Assembly (NCBI GenBank): GCA_050246815.1
Contig: JBFWVI010000032.1
Span: 1-36,513, forward strand
Length of the DNA: 36,513 bases
Reading direction: 5' to 3'
Origin: Bdellovibrionales bacterium
GTDB taxonomy: Bacteria; Bdellovibrionota; Bdellovibrionia; Bdellovibrionales; UBA1609
How positions within the stretch are numbered: the stretch's first letter is position 1; the number at the start of each line of letters is the position of its first letter. A model generated the notes under the pieces. It was not told the DNA's origin. It ran no database searches and saw only the letters and a list, made by a program, of their open reading frames with translations. Below, one piece after another: positions 9,185 through 17,760 of the stretch. The position numbers were made by a program, and so were the translations under genes.

Positions 9185-9208
9185 TTATCGGTTTTTTTAA
9201 AGATTTTA
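9185..9208 (-). promoter_or_regulatory. Putative sigma-28-like promoter TAAA-N12-ACCGATAA (or TAAT-N15)
   Basis: Near-consensus CCGATAA -10 box just upstream of the acyltransferase gene. Confidence 0.5.
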
Positions 9209-9371
9209 TTAAATCTACACATTTAGGTCTAGTCGAAGATCAATATTGAGTTAACTAAACAATTCAATTCTATAATTTTTAGTATTTTTGTTTAATCATA
9301 AAGAGCCGGACTTGATCGTGCACTCTGATTGATGAGATAACTAAACAAATACTTATTTATTGAGAGTTGCA

Positions 9372-10055
9372 ATGAATCAGATCCTGATTTTGGAAAGCCA
9401 GGGGCAATTATGTGAACGTCTGGCACGTGAGGTTGCCTTGCCTTTTGCACTTCATTCGATCGTGGGACTGGAGGACGCTTTTCAATATGCTGTTCGACAT
9501 TCCCCCGCCGCCATTATTTTGGATTTGGAGGGTGACGCGCAAAATCGGGCGACCCTGTGCGAGCGTTTAAGGGCCAACGCTTTGACACAAAATATTCCAT
9601 TATTGGTGGTGGATCGTGAGGCTAACGCAAGCGTCAGAGAGATGCTTTATAGTAAAGGCGTTGATGACTATTTGGTCCAGCCGGTTGAGGGTGGGGAGTT
9701 GTTGCTGCGTCTTATGGCACGGATACGTCGTTTTCAGGAAATGAAGCCGCGCCATCATGCACTTGGCAATATGGTTTTGGTGCCTGAGCGGCACGAAGTG
9801 CAAGTTGACGGCAAAAGTCACCACTTGAGTCCTTTGGAGTTTCAGCTTCTGCGCGTGTTTGTCGCCAATCCAAACCGCTCGATTTCACGCCTGGAGCTTT
9901 TGAATTCTATTTGGGGGGATGTGGCTGTTTCAAATCGCACTGTGGATGTGCATGTCAGTACTTTGCGTCGAAAGCTGACGAACTTTAACTTTTCAATAGA
10001 TTCTATTTATGGATCTGGATACATTTTGCGGGAAACCGCTCCAGGCCGATCCTAG
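9372..10055 (+). CDS. OmpR/PhoB-family response regulator with degenerate receiver
   Basis: Winged-HTH LSPLEFQLL...NRTVDVHVSTLRRKL...YGSGY; receiver keeps IILD but has ES for the acidic pocket and QP for KP. Confidence 0.9.
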   Translation: MNQILILESQGQLCERLAREVALPFALHSIVGLEDAFQYAVRHSPAAIILDLEGDAQNRATLCERLRANALTQNIPLLVVDREANASVREMLYSKGVDDYLVQPVEGGELLLRLMARIRRFQEMKPRHHALGNMVLVPERHEVQVDGKSHHLSPLEFQLLRVFVANPNRSISRLELLNSIWGDVAVSNRTVDVHVSTLRRKLTNFNFSIDSIYGSGYILRETAPGRS

Positions 10056-10071
10056 AGCGGTGACATTTAGG

Positions 10072-10440
10072 CTATTCGCCGGTGTATTCGAACAGGCTTA
10101 GTAAATTGCCGCTTGAATCGCGAAAGTCTGCCGCATAGCCGCCTTCGCAAACCGAATGGATGTCTTTTGAAAATTCCACTCCGCGTTTTTTAAGCTCGGC
10201 CACAATACCAGTCAGGCCTTTGACCTTGGCGATAAAAATGGCTTTACCGTCGATTTCGGCACTGGGTTCAGCCAAGTGCAAGCAGACCTTGTGACCATTC
10301 CAGTCGAATTCGCTCCAGCCCGGACTTTCGCTGATTGGCTTTAAATCAAACATGTCTTTGTAGTACTGGACAGCCTTCTGCATGTCGCGGACATAATACA
10401 TGGAACCATAAGCTCCTTCTAAAGCGTTGGCGATGTTCAT
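10072..10440 (-). CDS. VOC/glyoxalase family protein
   Basis: YVRDMQKAVQYYKDMF...FRDSSGNLLSL; GGAGG RBS before ATG 10440. Confidence 0.88.
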   Translation of the reverse strand: MNIANALEGAYGSMYYVRDMQKAVQYYKDMFDLKPISESPGWSEFDWNGHKVCLHLAEPSAEIDGKAIFIAKVKGLTGIVAELKKRGVEFSKDIHSVCEGGYAADFRDSSGNLLSLFEYTGE

Positions 10441-10491
10441 TCGCGTCCTCCCGTTGAGTGGCAGGGACGCTAACATGTTTATTGAAAAGGT

Positions 10492-11880
10492 CTAGGAATT
10501 ATCTGGGAGAGGCAATTTTTTCTTCATGGATTTTAGGCTTTCGGGTGCACCACGCACACGCAAGGTGACGCCGGCGTCACCGTAAGTCTCTTTTAAGACA
10601 CGCATTTTGGCGCGAATGTCGCCAATCACGCCTTGGACGGTATAGGGTACGAAAACGTCTTCGTCGACCATATCCTGTTCGAAGTAAGAGAGGATTTTGT
10701 CGCGCAGAGTCTGTAAATCCTCTTTGTCGCGGGTCGACAGCAGCAGGGCTTGGGGGAATTCTTTTTGCAAGGATTGTTGTTCCTTGGGTGTCAGTCGGTC
10801 TTTTTTGTTGAGGATCAGCAGGCTAGGGGTTTGGTGGGCCCCCACTTCACCAAGTACCTCTTTGGTGACTTCAAGCTGCGAGCGAAACGATGTATCCGCG
10901 GCATCGACGACATAAAGCAGTAGCGAGGCGTTTAGAGCTTCATCCAAGGTGGATTTAAACGAAGCTACCAAATCATGGGGCAATTTTTTGATGAAGCCAA
11001 CGGTGTCTGAAATTAGAATTTTAGGGCGAGATTCGGGGTAAAGGGGGCGAATGGTTGTATCCAAAGTCGCAAACAGCTTGTCGGCAACCAAAACTTCGCT
11101 TCCGGTCAGAGCTCTCATCAGCGAAGATTTGCCGGCATTGGTGTAGCCCACTAAAGCAACACAGATCTCTTGACTGCGGCGGTTGGTGCGTACCTGGTGC
11201 TCATTGCCAATGGCAGACAATTCGTTTTTGAGTTCTTTGATGCGGTCGCGAATTTTGCGTTTGTCTAATTCAAGGGCGGTCTCGCCCGCTCCTTTGCCAC
11301 CCACGCCACCGCCTTGCCGTTCAGTGCCGCCACCGGTTTCACGTAAGCGGGGCGCCATGTAGACCAATTTTGCGATTTCCACCTGAAGGCGGGCAGCCTT
11401 TGTGCGGGCGTGTCGGCTAAAAATTTCGATGATCACACCGGTGCGATCCAAAACCTGCACGCCGGTTGCGCTTTCAAGATTTCGCAGTTGTGAGGGTGAT
11501 AGGTCGCAGTCTGCAATGACAATGGCGGCAGTGTCTTTGGGTGCTTCGGCCGGGGTCTCTTCGTTTTCGGCAGTTTCTTCTTGTGCCTCGGCTTCCCACC
11601 TAAGTGCAGCTTTGCTTTTTTTGCGGATCACCGAAGATGCCACTACACCTGGGCCATTTGTCCAAGCGGCGAGTTCTTTGAGTTTGCCGTCACCAAGCAA
11701 AGTGGAGCCCCGTTCGGTGTGGCGTTTTTGTGTGATTTGTCCCACCACTTGATAGCCAAGGGTTGTCACCAGGCGCGCCAATTCGAGCAGCGAGCTTTCT
11801 AGATCTTCAGCGGTCATTTGCGGCAACTGCACGCCAACTAAAACTGCTTTTAAATTTTCGGTCGATGAAGTCGATTTCAT
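10492..11880 (-). CDS. hflX: Ribosome-splitting GTPase HflX
   Basis: GYTNAGKSS, LFATLDTT, DTVGFI, NKKD; N-domain DRTGVIIEIFSRHARTKAARLQVEIA and GAGET. Confidence 0.96.
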   Translation of the reverse strand: MKSTSSTENLKAVLVGVQLPQMTAEDLESSLLELARLVTTLGYQVVGQITQKRHTERGSTLLGDGKLKELAAWTNGPGVVASSVIRKKSKAALRWEAEAQEETAENEETPAEAPKDTAAIVIADCDLSPSQLRNLESATGVQVLDRTGVIIEIFSRHARTKAARLQVEIAKLVYMAPRLRETGGGTERQGGGVGGKGAGETALELDKRKIRDRIKELKNELSAIGNEHQVRTNRRSQEICVALVGYTNAGKSSLMRALTGSEVLVADKLFATLDTTIRPLYPESRPKILISDTVGFIKKLPHDLVASFKSTLDEALNASLLLYVVDAADTSFRSQLEVTKEVLGEVGAHQTPSLLILNKKDRLTPKEQQSLQKEFPQALLLSTRDKEDLQTLRDKILSYFEQDMVDEDVFVPYTVQGVIGDIRAKMRVLKETYGDAGVTLRVRGAPESLKSMKKKLPLPDNS

Positions 11881-11959
11881 GGTTTTCCATTATTGGCTGA
11901 AGCCAAGGTAAAGTTGTACTTGAGGGAGTATGTCCAGACCATCGTTCTTGGTCTTAGTT

Positions 11960-12145
11960 TTATTGCTTTTTACTGTCAAAAAAGTCGGAATCGTCGACTT
12001 GGCTGCCTTTTTGATGCTCGGCGATAGTCTTTTTTGCTGATGGACCCGTGATGCCAACCCACTCCGGGAAAAAGATCATCAAAAATAGATAGCTGCCAAA
12101 ACCCATGATAATCAAAAACGCCGCAAGACCGATTGCCCATTCCAT
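11960..12145 (-). CDS. Small single-pass membrane protein (61 aa)
   Basis: GGAG RBS before ATG 12145; MEWAIGLAAFLIIMGFGSYLFLMIFFPEWVGITG; this start avoids overlap with the divergent DUF72 gene. Confidence 0.7.
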   Translation of the reverse strand: MEWAIGLAAFLIIMGFGSYLFLMIFFPEWVGITGPSAKKTIAEHQKGSQVDDSDFFDSKKQ

Positions 12146-12187
12146 TTTAAACTCCAGTGGGGTTATAGTAGCACGTCTGAGGTTTGA

Positions 12188-13093
12188 ATGGAATTTGGCA
12201 AATTGGCGAATGTGAATCATGTTGATTGGGCCATTCCCAATGATGATCCGCTTACCAGTCAATTCTTGGTCACTTTGGGTTCGACGGATGAACTGAAGGT
12301 TTATTGGGGGGCTCCAGCCTGGGGCCATAAAGAATGGAACGGGAAAATATATCCAGAAAAGACCAAATCGACCGATTTTCTATACCATTATTCTCGTTAT
12401 TTTAGTTGCGTCGAGCTGAACACCACCCATTACCGTATCCCTTCCCCGGAGCAAACGCAAAAGTGGTTGGCTCAAGTGCCCAAAGGGTTTTTATTTTGTC
12501 CCAAAGTTTTTAAGGGCATATCCCACGCAGCACGCGGGCTGACGGACAGAAAACTTTTGGCGGAGTGGTTTTCATTTTTAGATAAGCTCAAAGATACATG
12601 CGGCCCTTGTTTTTTGCAGTTACCGCCGTATTTTGAATATGCACACAAGGCGGAGCTTTTTTATCTACTCAAAAATTGGCCGGTTGATTTTGAACTGACT
12701 TTAGAGTTTCGTCATCCCAGCTGGTTTGAGCGGGGGCGAATACGACCAGCCTTGACGCAGTACTTGCAGCAGCATGGAGTGGGCCTTGTCATCACCGATG
12801 TGGCCGGACGTCGTGATGTTTTACACACCTCGATCAGTGCCGATTATGCCATGCTGCGCTTTATTGGAAATGAATTGCATTCCAGTGACTTTGAAAGGAC
12901 CCGGAACTGGTGCCGACGCTTTTCAACATGGGAGCAGCAGGGTTTAAAGCGGTTGTTTTTATTTATTCATGAGCCCGATGATCTATTGACGCCAGAAATG
13001 GCGCATTATTTTTTAGAACAGCTTCGGGCGGTTGGCGGCTGGAACGTTCAGCCTGTGATGAAGTCTATGGATCAATTGAGTTTATCAACCTAA
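12188..13093 (+). CDS. DUF72 family protein
   Basis: [40 protein letters not shown] motifs. Confidence 0.92.
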   Translation: MEFGKLANVNHVDWAIPNDDPLTSQFLVTLGSTDELKVYWGAPAWGHKEWNGKIYPEKTKSTDFLYHYSRYFSCVELNTTHYRIPSPEQTQKWLAQVPKGFLFCPKVFKGISHAARGLTDRKLLAEWFSFLDKLKDTCGPCFLQLPPYFEYAHKAELFYLLKNWPVDFELTLEFRHPSWFERGRIRPALTQYLQQHGVGLVITDVAGRRDVLHTSISADYAMLRFIGNELHSSDFERTRNWCRRFSTWEQQGLKRLFLFIHEPDDLLTPEMAHYFLEQLRAVGGWNVQPVMKSMDQLSLST

Positions 13094-13112
13094 TCGAAGA
13101 GAGAGCAAGCGC

Positions 13113-13715
13113 ATGCCATTTCAATTTCAAACCTCGCGTCCTCATCCATGGCATGGTATTTCGCCGGGTAAGATGCCGCCTGTTTTTGTAACCGCTTATA
13201 TCGAAATCACGCCCAGTGACGGTATCAAATATGAGATTGATAAAGAAACCGGTTACTTGAAGGTCGACCGCCCTCAAGTGACCTCATCGTTGCCACCCGC
13301 GCTTTACGGATTTATTCCGAAAACTTTTTGTCACGATCGGGTTGGTGCCGTTTCTGGAAAATCTTTGAAGGGGGACCAAGATCCTTTGGACATATGTGTT
13401 TTCAGCGAGCGCGCGATCAATCGCAGTGAAGTTTTGGTGCCTGCACGTGTCATCGGCGGGTTGCGCATGGTCGACAAGGGCGAAGCGGATGATAAAATCA
13501 TTGCCGTGTTAGACAATGATCCTTACTGGGCCAGCGTCAACGACATTGCGCAGTTACCTGCCGTGATGTTGCAGCGATTGCAGCACTACTTTTTAACTTA
13601 CAAGCTATTGCCAAATCAAATACCTGTGGTGACGATTGATGCCGCGTATGGGCTTGATGCGGCCAAGCAGGTTGTCACAGCTGCGCTTGAGGATTACAAG
13701 GCCTCATTCAAGTGA
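13113..13715 (+). CDS. ppa: Family I inorganic pyrophosphatase
   Basis: [43 protein letters not shown]. Confidence 0.96.
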   Translation: MPFQFQTSRPHPWHGISPGKMPPVFVTAYIEITPSDGIKYEIDKETGYLKVDRPQVTSSLPPALYGFIPKTFCHDRVGAVSGKSLKGDQDPLDICVFSERAINRSEVLVPARVIGGLRMVDKGEADDKIIAVLDNDPYWASVNDIAQLPAVMLQRLQHYFLTYKLLPNQIPVVTIDAAYGLDAAKQVVTAALEDYKASFK

Positions 13716-13747
13716 AAGTGTCGCAAAGTGAGAATGACGCACTGTCA

Positions 13748-13776
13748 TTGACAGATTTTTACGCCGGCGTTAATCT
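13748..13776 (+). promoter_or_regulatory. Sigma-70 promoter TTGACA-N17-TAATCT with overlapping inverted repeats
   Basis: Perfect -35 at 13748-13753, -10 at 13771-13776, 7 nt gap to ATG 13784. Confidence 0.7.
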
Positions 13777-13783
13777 TGGACTA

Positions 13784-14131
13784 ATGTCGAAGGCCACCTT
13801 ATTACTTTTATTTTTGGTTTCATTGGTGAACCTGGTTTCGCCTGAGCTAACCCCGCATTGTGACACTTCGCACGTGCAAAATGCTCATGATGGCTGTGAA
13901 CAAGATGTATTGCAGACTTCAAGATCATCAGAATCGCCAAGTACCTCACATGAAGGGACATGTCAGTGCGTGCTGCATCGAACTCACTGCTGCGGTTCCC
14001 ATGTTTTGTTGGGCAAAGCCGAGCGACCTGTGATTTTTGATTCACAGAAGTTGCTTTTATTCGCAGTGTCCTTTTACGCAATAAAGCCGGAACCTTTTCT
14101 TGAAGGCCCGTTTCAACCGCCCCGAGCCTAG
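13784..14131 (+). CDS. Exported Cys/His-rich leader protein, DUF2946/CzcI-like, with Pro-rich C-terminus
   Basis: Hydrophobic N-terminus, HCDTSH...HDGC...HEGTCQCVLHRTHCCGSH, ends PEPFLEGPFQPPRA; directly upstream of a metal RND gene; 115 aa from ATG 13784. Confidence 0.75.
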   Translation: MSKATLLLLFLVSLVNLVSPELTPHCDTSHVQNAHDGCEQDVLQTSRSSESPSTSHEGTCQCVLHRTHCCGSHVLLGKAERPVIFDSQKLLLFAVSFYAIKPEPFLEGPFQPPRA

Positions 14132-14136
14132 ACGAT

Positions 14137-14203
14137 TCTCTTTAAGACCCTTCGGGTCCCTCTCAGAAATTATTGCTTCTTGAGACGAGCTCTAAAAAGG
14201 AGA
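14137..14203 (+). promoter_or_regulatory. Putative RBS-sequestering RNA structure
   Basis: TCTCTTT (14137-14143) can pair with AAGGAGA (14197-14203, the SD) with one G-U; encloses hairpins GACCC-TTC-GGGTC (14146-14158) and TCTCAGAA...TTCTTGAGA (14161-14185). Confidence 0.5.
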
Positions 14204-14208
14204 CCGCT

Positions 14209-17200
14209 GTGCTCAATCTCATTATTCGCTTTGCGCTGAATCACCGTCTAATCGTTGTGGCTTTGGCTGCACTGATTGTGGTTTATGGCGCGATCACGTT
14301 GCAAAGCTTACCGATCGATGTGTTCCCTGATATCACCAAACCCACAGTGACGATCATGACCGAGGCGCACGGCATGGCGCCCGAAGAGGTCGAGATCCGT
14401 GTGACAATGCCGATTGAAAGCCACCTCAACGGCTTGCCGGCTGTAGAAAGAATCAGGTCACAATCGGGCATCGGACTTTCTGCGATTTATGTGGAATTTG
14501 ATTGGGGAACAGACATCTATCGCAATCGTCAACTGGTGCAGGAAAAAATCAACCTGGCAAAAGAACGGTTGCCCAAGGACATCACGCCGGTGATGGGACC
14601 GGTGGGTGCGTTGATGGGGCAGATTCAACAAATCGCCGTCACCACGGAATCAAACGAAGTCGATGCCATGCAACTTCGAAGCCTAGCCGAGTGGGTGATT
14701 CGTCCCCGACTGATGAGTATTCCTGGAGTTTCACAGGTCATTTCGATCGGCGGTGGTTTAAAGCAGTATCAGATCTTGGTTTCGGCAGACAGAATGAATC
14801 GCCATCAACTTTCGATTGAGCAGGTCGACAAAGAATTGGCGCAAATCAGCCAAAACACAACGGGCGGATTTTTAGAAAAAGAAGGCCAGGAGTACCTGGT
14901 GCGCAATATCGGCGTGGTTGACGGTATCGAGGATATTAAAAAGACCTTGATCGGATTGCACTTCGGTCGACCGGTTTTGGTGGGCGATATCGCCGAAGTT
15001 AAAGAGGCCCCCAGATTAAAACGCGGTGATGGCAGCTTTAACGGCAAACCTTCTGTTGTCATGACCATTCAAAAACAGCCTGGTGCAGACACTGTGCAGG
15101 TCACGGAGGCCATCGAAAAGGCCATCGAAGAGATTCGTCCCTCGTTACCGCGGGGGGTGCTGGTCAATCCTGATATTTTCAAGCAGGCAAATTTTATTAA
15201 GGCCTCGATCGATGGTATTCAGGGCAAACTTCAAATTGGCACAATTTTGGTCTTTGTCGTCCTTTTAATCTTTTTGGCAAATCTTCGGATGTCTTTGATC
15301 ACGCTGACGGCTATTCCGGTTTCATTTTTGGTGACGGCACTTGTCTTTAAATTGTTCGGACTGAGTGTCAACACCATGACCCTTGGGGGGCTGTCGATCG
15401 CCATCGGCGAATTGGTCGATGATTCAATTGTCGATGTCGAAAATATTTTTCGTCGTCTTCGTGAAAATGCACTTCGTGCAAACCCACTTTCAGTTCTACG
15501 TGTGGTATTTGAAGCTTCAAGTGAGATCCGCAACTCGATCGTGCTTGCCACTGTGATCATTGCTTTGGTGTTTTTGCCGTTGTTTAATTTGACGGGGCTT
15601 GAGGGGCGTCTGTTTGCGCCATTAGGGGCGGCTTATTTGACGGCCCTGCTTGCTTCTTTGGTCGTGTCTTTAACTCTAACTCCGGTCCTATGTTCTTACT
15701 TTCTGTCGCACAAGCCGAAGGCCCATCAGGACACAAAAATGGTACAGGTGTTGAAGGCTTGGGATAGGCGGATTTTGGAGTGGGCTCTGCCCAGATCAAA
15801 TCTAGTGCTGGGCCTGGCGCTGTCACTATTTGTGGTCGCGATGGCTTTAGTGCCTTTAATGGGCCGGGATTTTCTGCCCCGGTTTAATGAGGGTACGGCT
15901 ATGGTGTCACTGGTCGCTCCTGCCGGCATCAGTTTGACCGAATCTAATCGAATGGGCGAAAAGGCCGAGGCCATTTTGCTGTCGAACCCTGAAATCAAAT
16001 CAGCTTCACGCCGCACGGGTCGCGCTGAATTGGATGAACATGCTCAAGGGGTGAACGTCAGTGAAATTGATTTGGATTTCAATGCGGGTGGCCGTTCGCG
16101 TGAAGTATTGCTGAATGATATTCGGCTGCAACTGAAAGAAAGGCTTCCTGATGCCGGCGTCAACGTGGGGCAACCATTGTCGCACTTGATCGATCATATG
16201 CTATCCGGCGTCAGTGCGGCGCTGGCCATTAAAATTTTTGGCTCCGATATGGCCATCTTGCGTGAAAAATCAATCGAGTTGAAAGAGGCTATTGAAAAGG
16301 TTCCTGGCCTGGTGGACTTGCGTATCGAGCAGCAGGCTTTGGTGCCCCAGGTAAAAGTTCACGTCTTACGTGAAGATGCAGCAAAGTTCGGGATGAGTCC
16401 TGGTGAAATCACCAAACTGTTAGAAGGTGCCTTTAACGGTGAAACGGTCGCCCAGGTCACTGAAGAAACAAGGATCTACGATGTCTTTTTTCAGTTTGAT
16501 CAGGGGTCACGGGGATCTTTGCCACAGATGGAAAATACGGTTTTAAAAATTATGCCAGACGGTCGAAAGGTTTTGTTGAAGGATGTGGCGGACGTGTATG
16601 AGGCCTCCGGCCCAAATGAGATCAATCGTGAAAACGGCCAGCGGCGAGCCGTCATTAGCGCCAATGTGACAGGGCGGGATTTAGGTCGCTTAGTTGATGA
16701 AATTCGTCGACTTGTAAAAAAACATGTGCAATTGCCTGAAGGGTATTACGTTGTTTATGGTGGTCAATTCGAAAGCCAGCAAAAAGCAACTCGAAAAATT
16801 TTAATTTTTGGATTGATCTCGCTGTTTGGTATCGCCTTGGTGTTGATGAGTCATTTTAAATCCAAAGTAATCATGGCTCAGATCATGGCCACCTTGCCTT
16901 TGGCCTTTATTGGCGGGGTGCTGCTGCTGTTTGCAACCGATCGCAGCTTTACGGTGGCGAGTCTGGTGGGATTTATCACACTTTGTGGTGTGGCCTCACG
17001 CAATGGCATTATGATGATCTCTCACTACTTGCATTTGATGAAGTACGAGGGGCAGGATTTCACTCAGGCGATGATCATCCGTGGCTCACAAGAGCGGCTG
17101 GTTCCTGTGATGATGACGGCAGCGGTGACCACGTTAGCATTGCTTCCGCTGGTCTTTGCCAAGGGGCAGCCCGGCAGCGAGATTTTGCACCCGGTGGCAG

Positions 17201-17334
17201 TGGTGATTGTGGGCGGTCTTTTGAGCTCAACTTTACTTGACATCGTGGTGACGCCCACGTTGTTTTATCGGTTCGGTGGTCAGGCGGCTGCGGATTACGT
17301 TCGTGAAAAACAAGATGCAATTGGAATTAAATAG
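14209..17334 (+). CDS. CusA/CzcA family heavy-metal efflux RND permease
   Basis: LPIDVFPDIT, NTMTLGGLSIAIGELVDDSIVDVENI, DFLPRFNEG, ERLVPVMMT; AAGGAG 6 nt before in-frame GTG 14209. Confidence 0.96.
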   Translation: MLNLIIRFALNHRLIVVALAALIVVYGAITLQSLPIDVFPDITKPTVTIMTEAHGMAPEEVEIRVTMPIESHLNGLPAVERIRSQSGIGLSAIYVEFDWGTDIYRNRQLVQEKINLAKERLPKDITPVMGPVGALMGQIQQIAVTTESNEVDAMQLRSLAEWVIRPRLMSIPGVSQVISIGGGLKQYQILVSADRMNRHQLSIEQVDKELAQISQNTTGGFLEKEGQEYLVRNIGVVDGIEDIKKTLIGLHFGRPVLVGDIAEVKEAPRLKRGDGSFNGKPSVVMTIQKQPGADTVQVTEAIEKAIEEIRPSLPRGVLVNPDIFKQANFIKASIDGIQGKLQIGTILVFVVLLIFLANLRMSLITLTAIPVSFLVTALVFKLFGLSVNTMTLGGLSIAIGELVDDSIVDVENIFRRLRENALRANPLSVLRVVFEASSEIRNSIVLATVIIALVFLPLFNLTGLEGRLFAPLGAAYLTALLASLVVSLTLTPVLCSYFLSHKPKAHQDTKMVQVLKAWDRRILEWALPRSNLVLGLALSLFVVAMALVPLMGRDFLPRFNEGTAMVSLVAPAGISLTESNRMGEKAEAILLSNPEIKSASRRTGRAELDEHAQGVNVSEIDLDFNAGGRSREVLLNDIRLQLKERLPDAGVNVGQPLSHLIDHMLSGVSAALAIKIFGSDMAILREKSIELKEAIEKVPGLVDLRIEQQALVPQVKVHVLREDAAKFGMSPGEITKLLEGAFNGETVAQVTEETRIYDVFFQFDQGSRGSLPQMENTVLKIMPDGRKVLLKDVADVYEASGPNEINRENGQRRAVISANVTGRDLGRLVDEIRRLVKKHVQLPEGYYVVYGGQFESQQKATRKILIFGLISLFGIALVLMSHFKSKVIMAQIMATLPLAFIGGVLLLFATDRSFTVASLVGFITLCGVASRNGIMMISHYLHLMKYEGQDFTQAMIIRGSQERLVPVMMTAAVTTLALLPLVFAKGQPGSEILHPVAVVIVGGLLSSTLLDIVVTPTLFYRFGGQAAADYVREKQDAIGIK

Positions 17335-17346
17335 AAGGGAAAAAAC

Positions 17347-17754
17347 ATGAAAAAATATTTTTTGGCTCTGGTTTTGATAAAGGCTGTGGCAGCCGCGGCC
17401 CATGAAGGCCATGACCATGATGCGCCGACTTTGTTGAAGGCCCCGAAGGGGGGCGTGATCAAATCGCTCGAAAAGACCAACGTGGAGGTGGTCAGTAGAG
17501 GGAAAAATCTCAAAATTTACCTCTATGACAAAGAAAAGAGGCAGCAAAAGACAAGCCGCTACAACGTGCGTGCACAAGCGCAATTGCCCAGAACCGAGAA
17601 GCTGGAGGAAATTCCTTTAAGCACGACTGACGAGCACTTTGAGGCCACTTTTGATGCCAAGGGCATGCACCGCTACACTTTGATTTTGACGGTGAAGGAC
17701 GGGCAGACGGGGCACGATGATCGTCTGACCTTTACGATCGAGCCCAAAAAGTAG
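17347..17754 (+). CDS. Small periplasmic His-rich protein, putative metal-binding accessory
   Basis: Signal peptide followed by HEGHDHD, then PKGG and a predicted beta-rich domain; sits between the RND and TolC genes with 12 and 6 nt gaps. Confidence 0.75.
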   Translation: MKKYFLALVLIKAVAAAAHEGHDHDAPTLLKAPKGGVIKSLEKTNVEVVSRGKNLKIYLYDKEKRQQKTSRYNVRAQAQLPRTEKLEEIPLSTTDEHFEATFDAKGMHRYTLILTVKDGQTGHDDRLTFTIEPKK

Positions 17755-17760
17755 GTAGTT

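Noticed and set aside
11960..12328. 122-aa long version of the small membrane protein
   Set aside because: The extension overlaps the divergent DUF72 gene; ATG 12145 has a good RBS
13712..13783. GTG 13712 start for the Cys/His leader (coupled to ppa)
   Set aside because: These codons overlap a consensus promoter and would bury the signal peptide; ATG 13784 fits better, though read-through from ppa is not excluded
14173..14208. TTG 14173 start of the RND gene
   Set aside because: No SD; AAGGAG is positioned for GTG 14209, where family-like sequence begins
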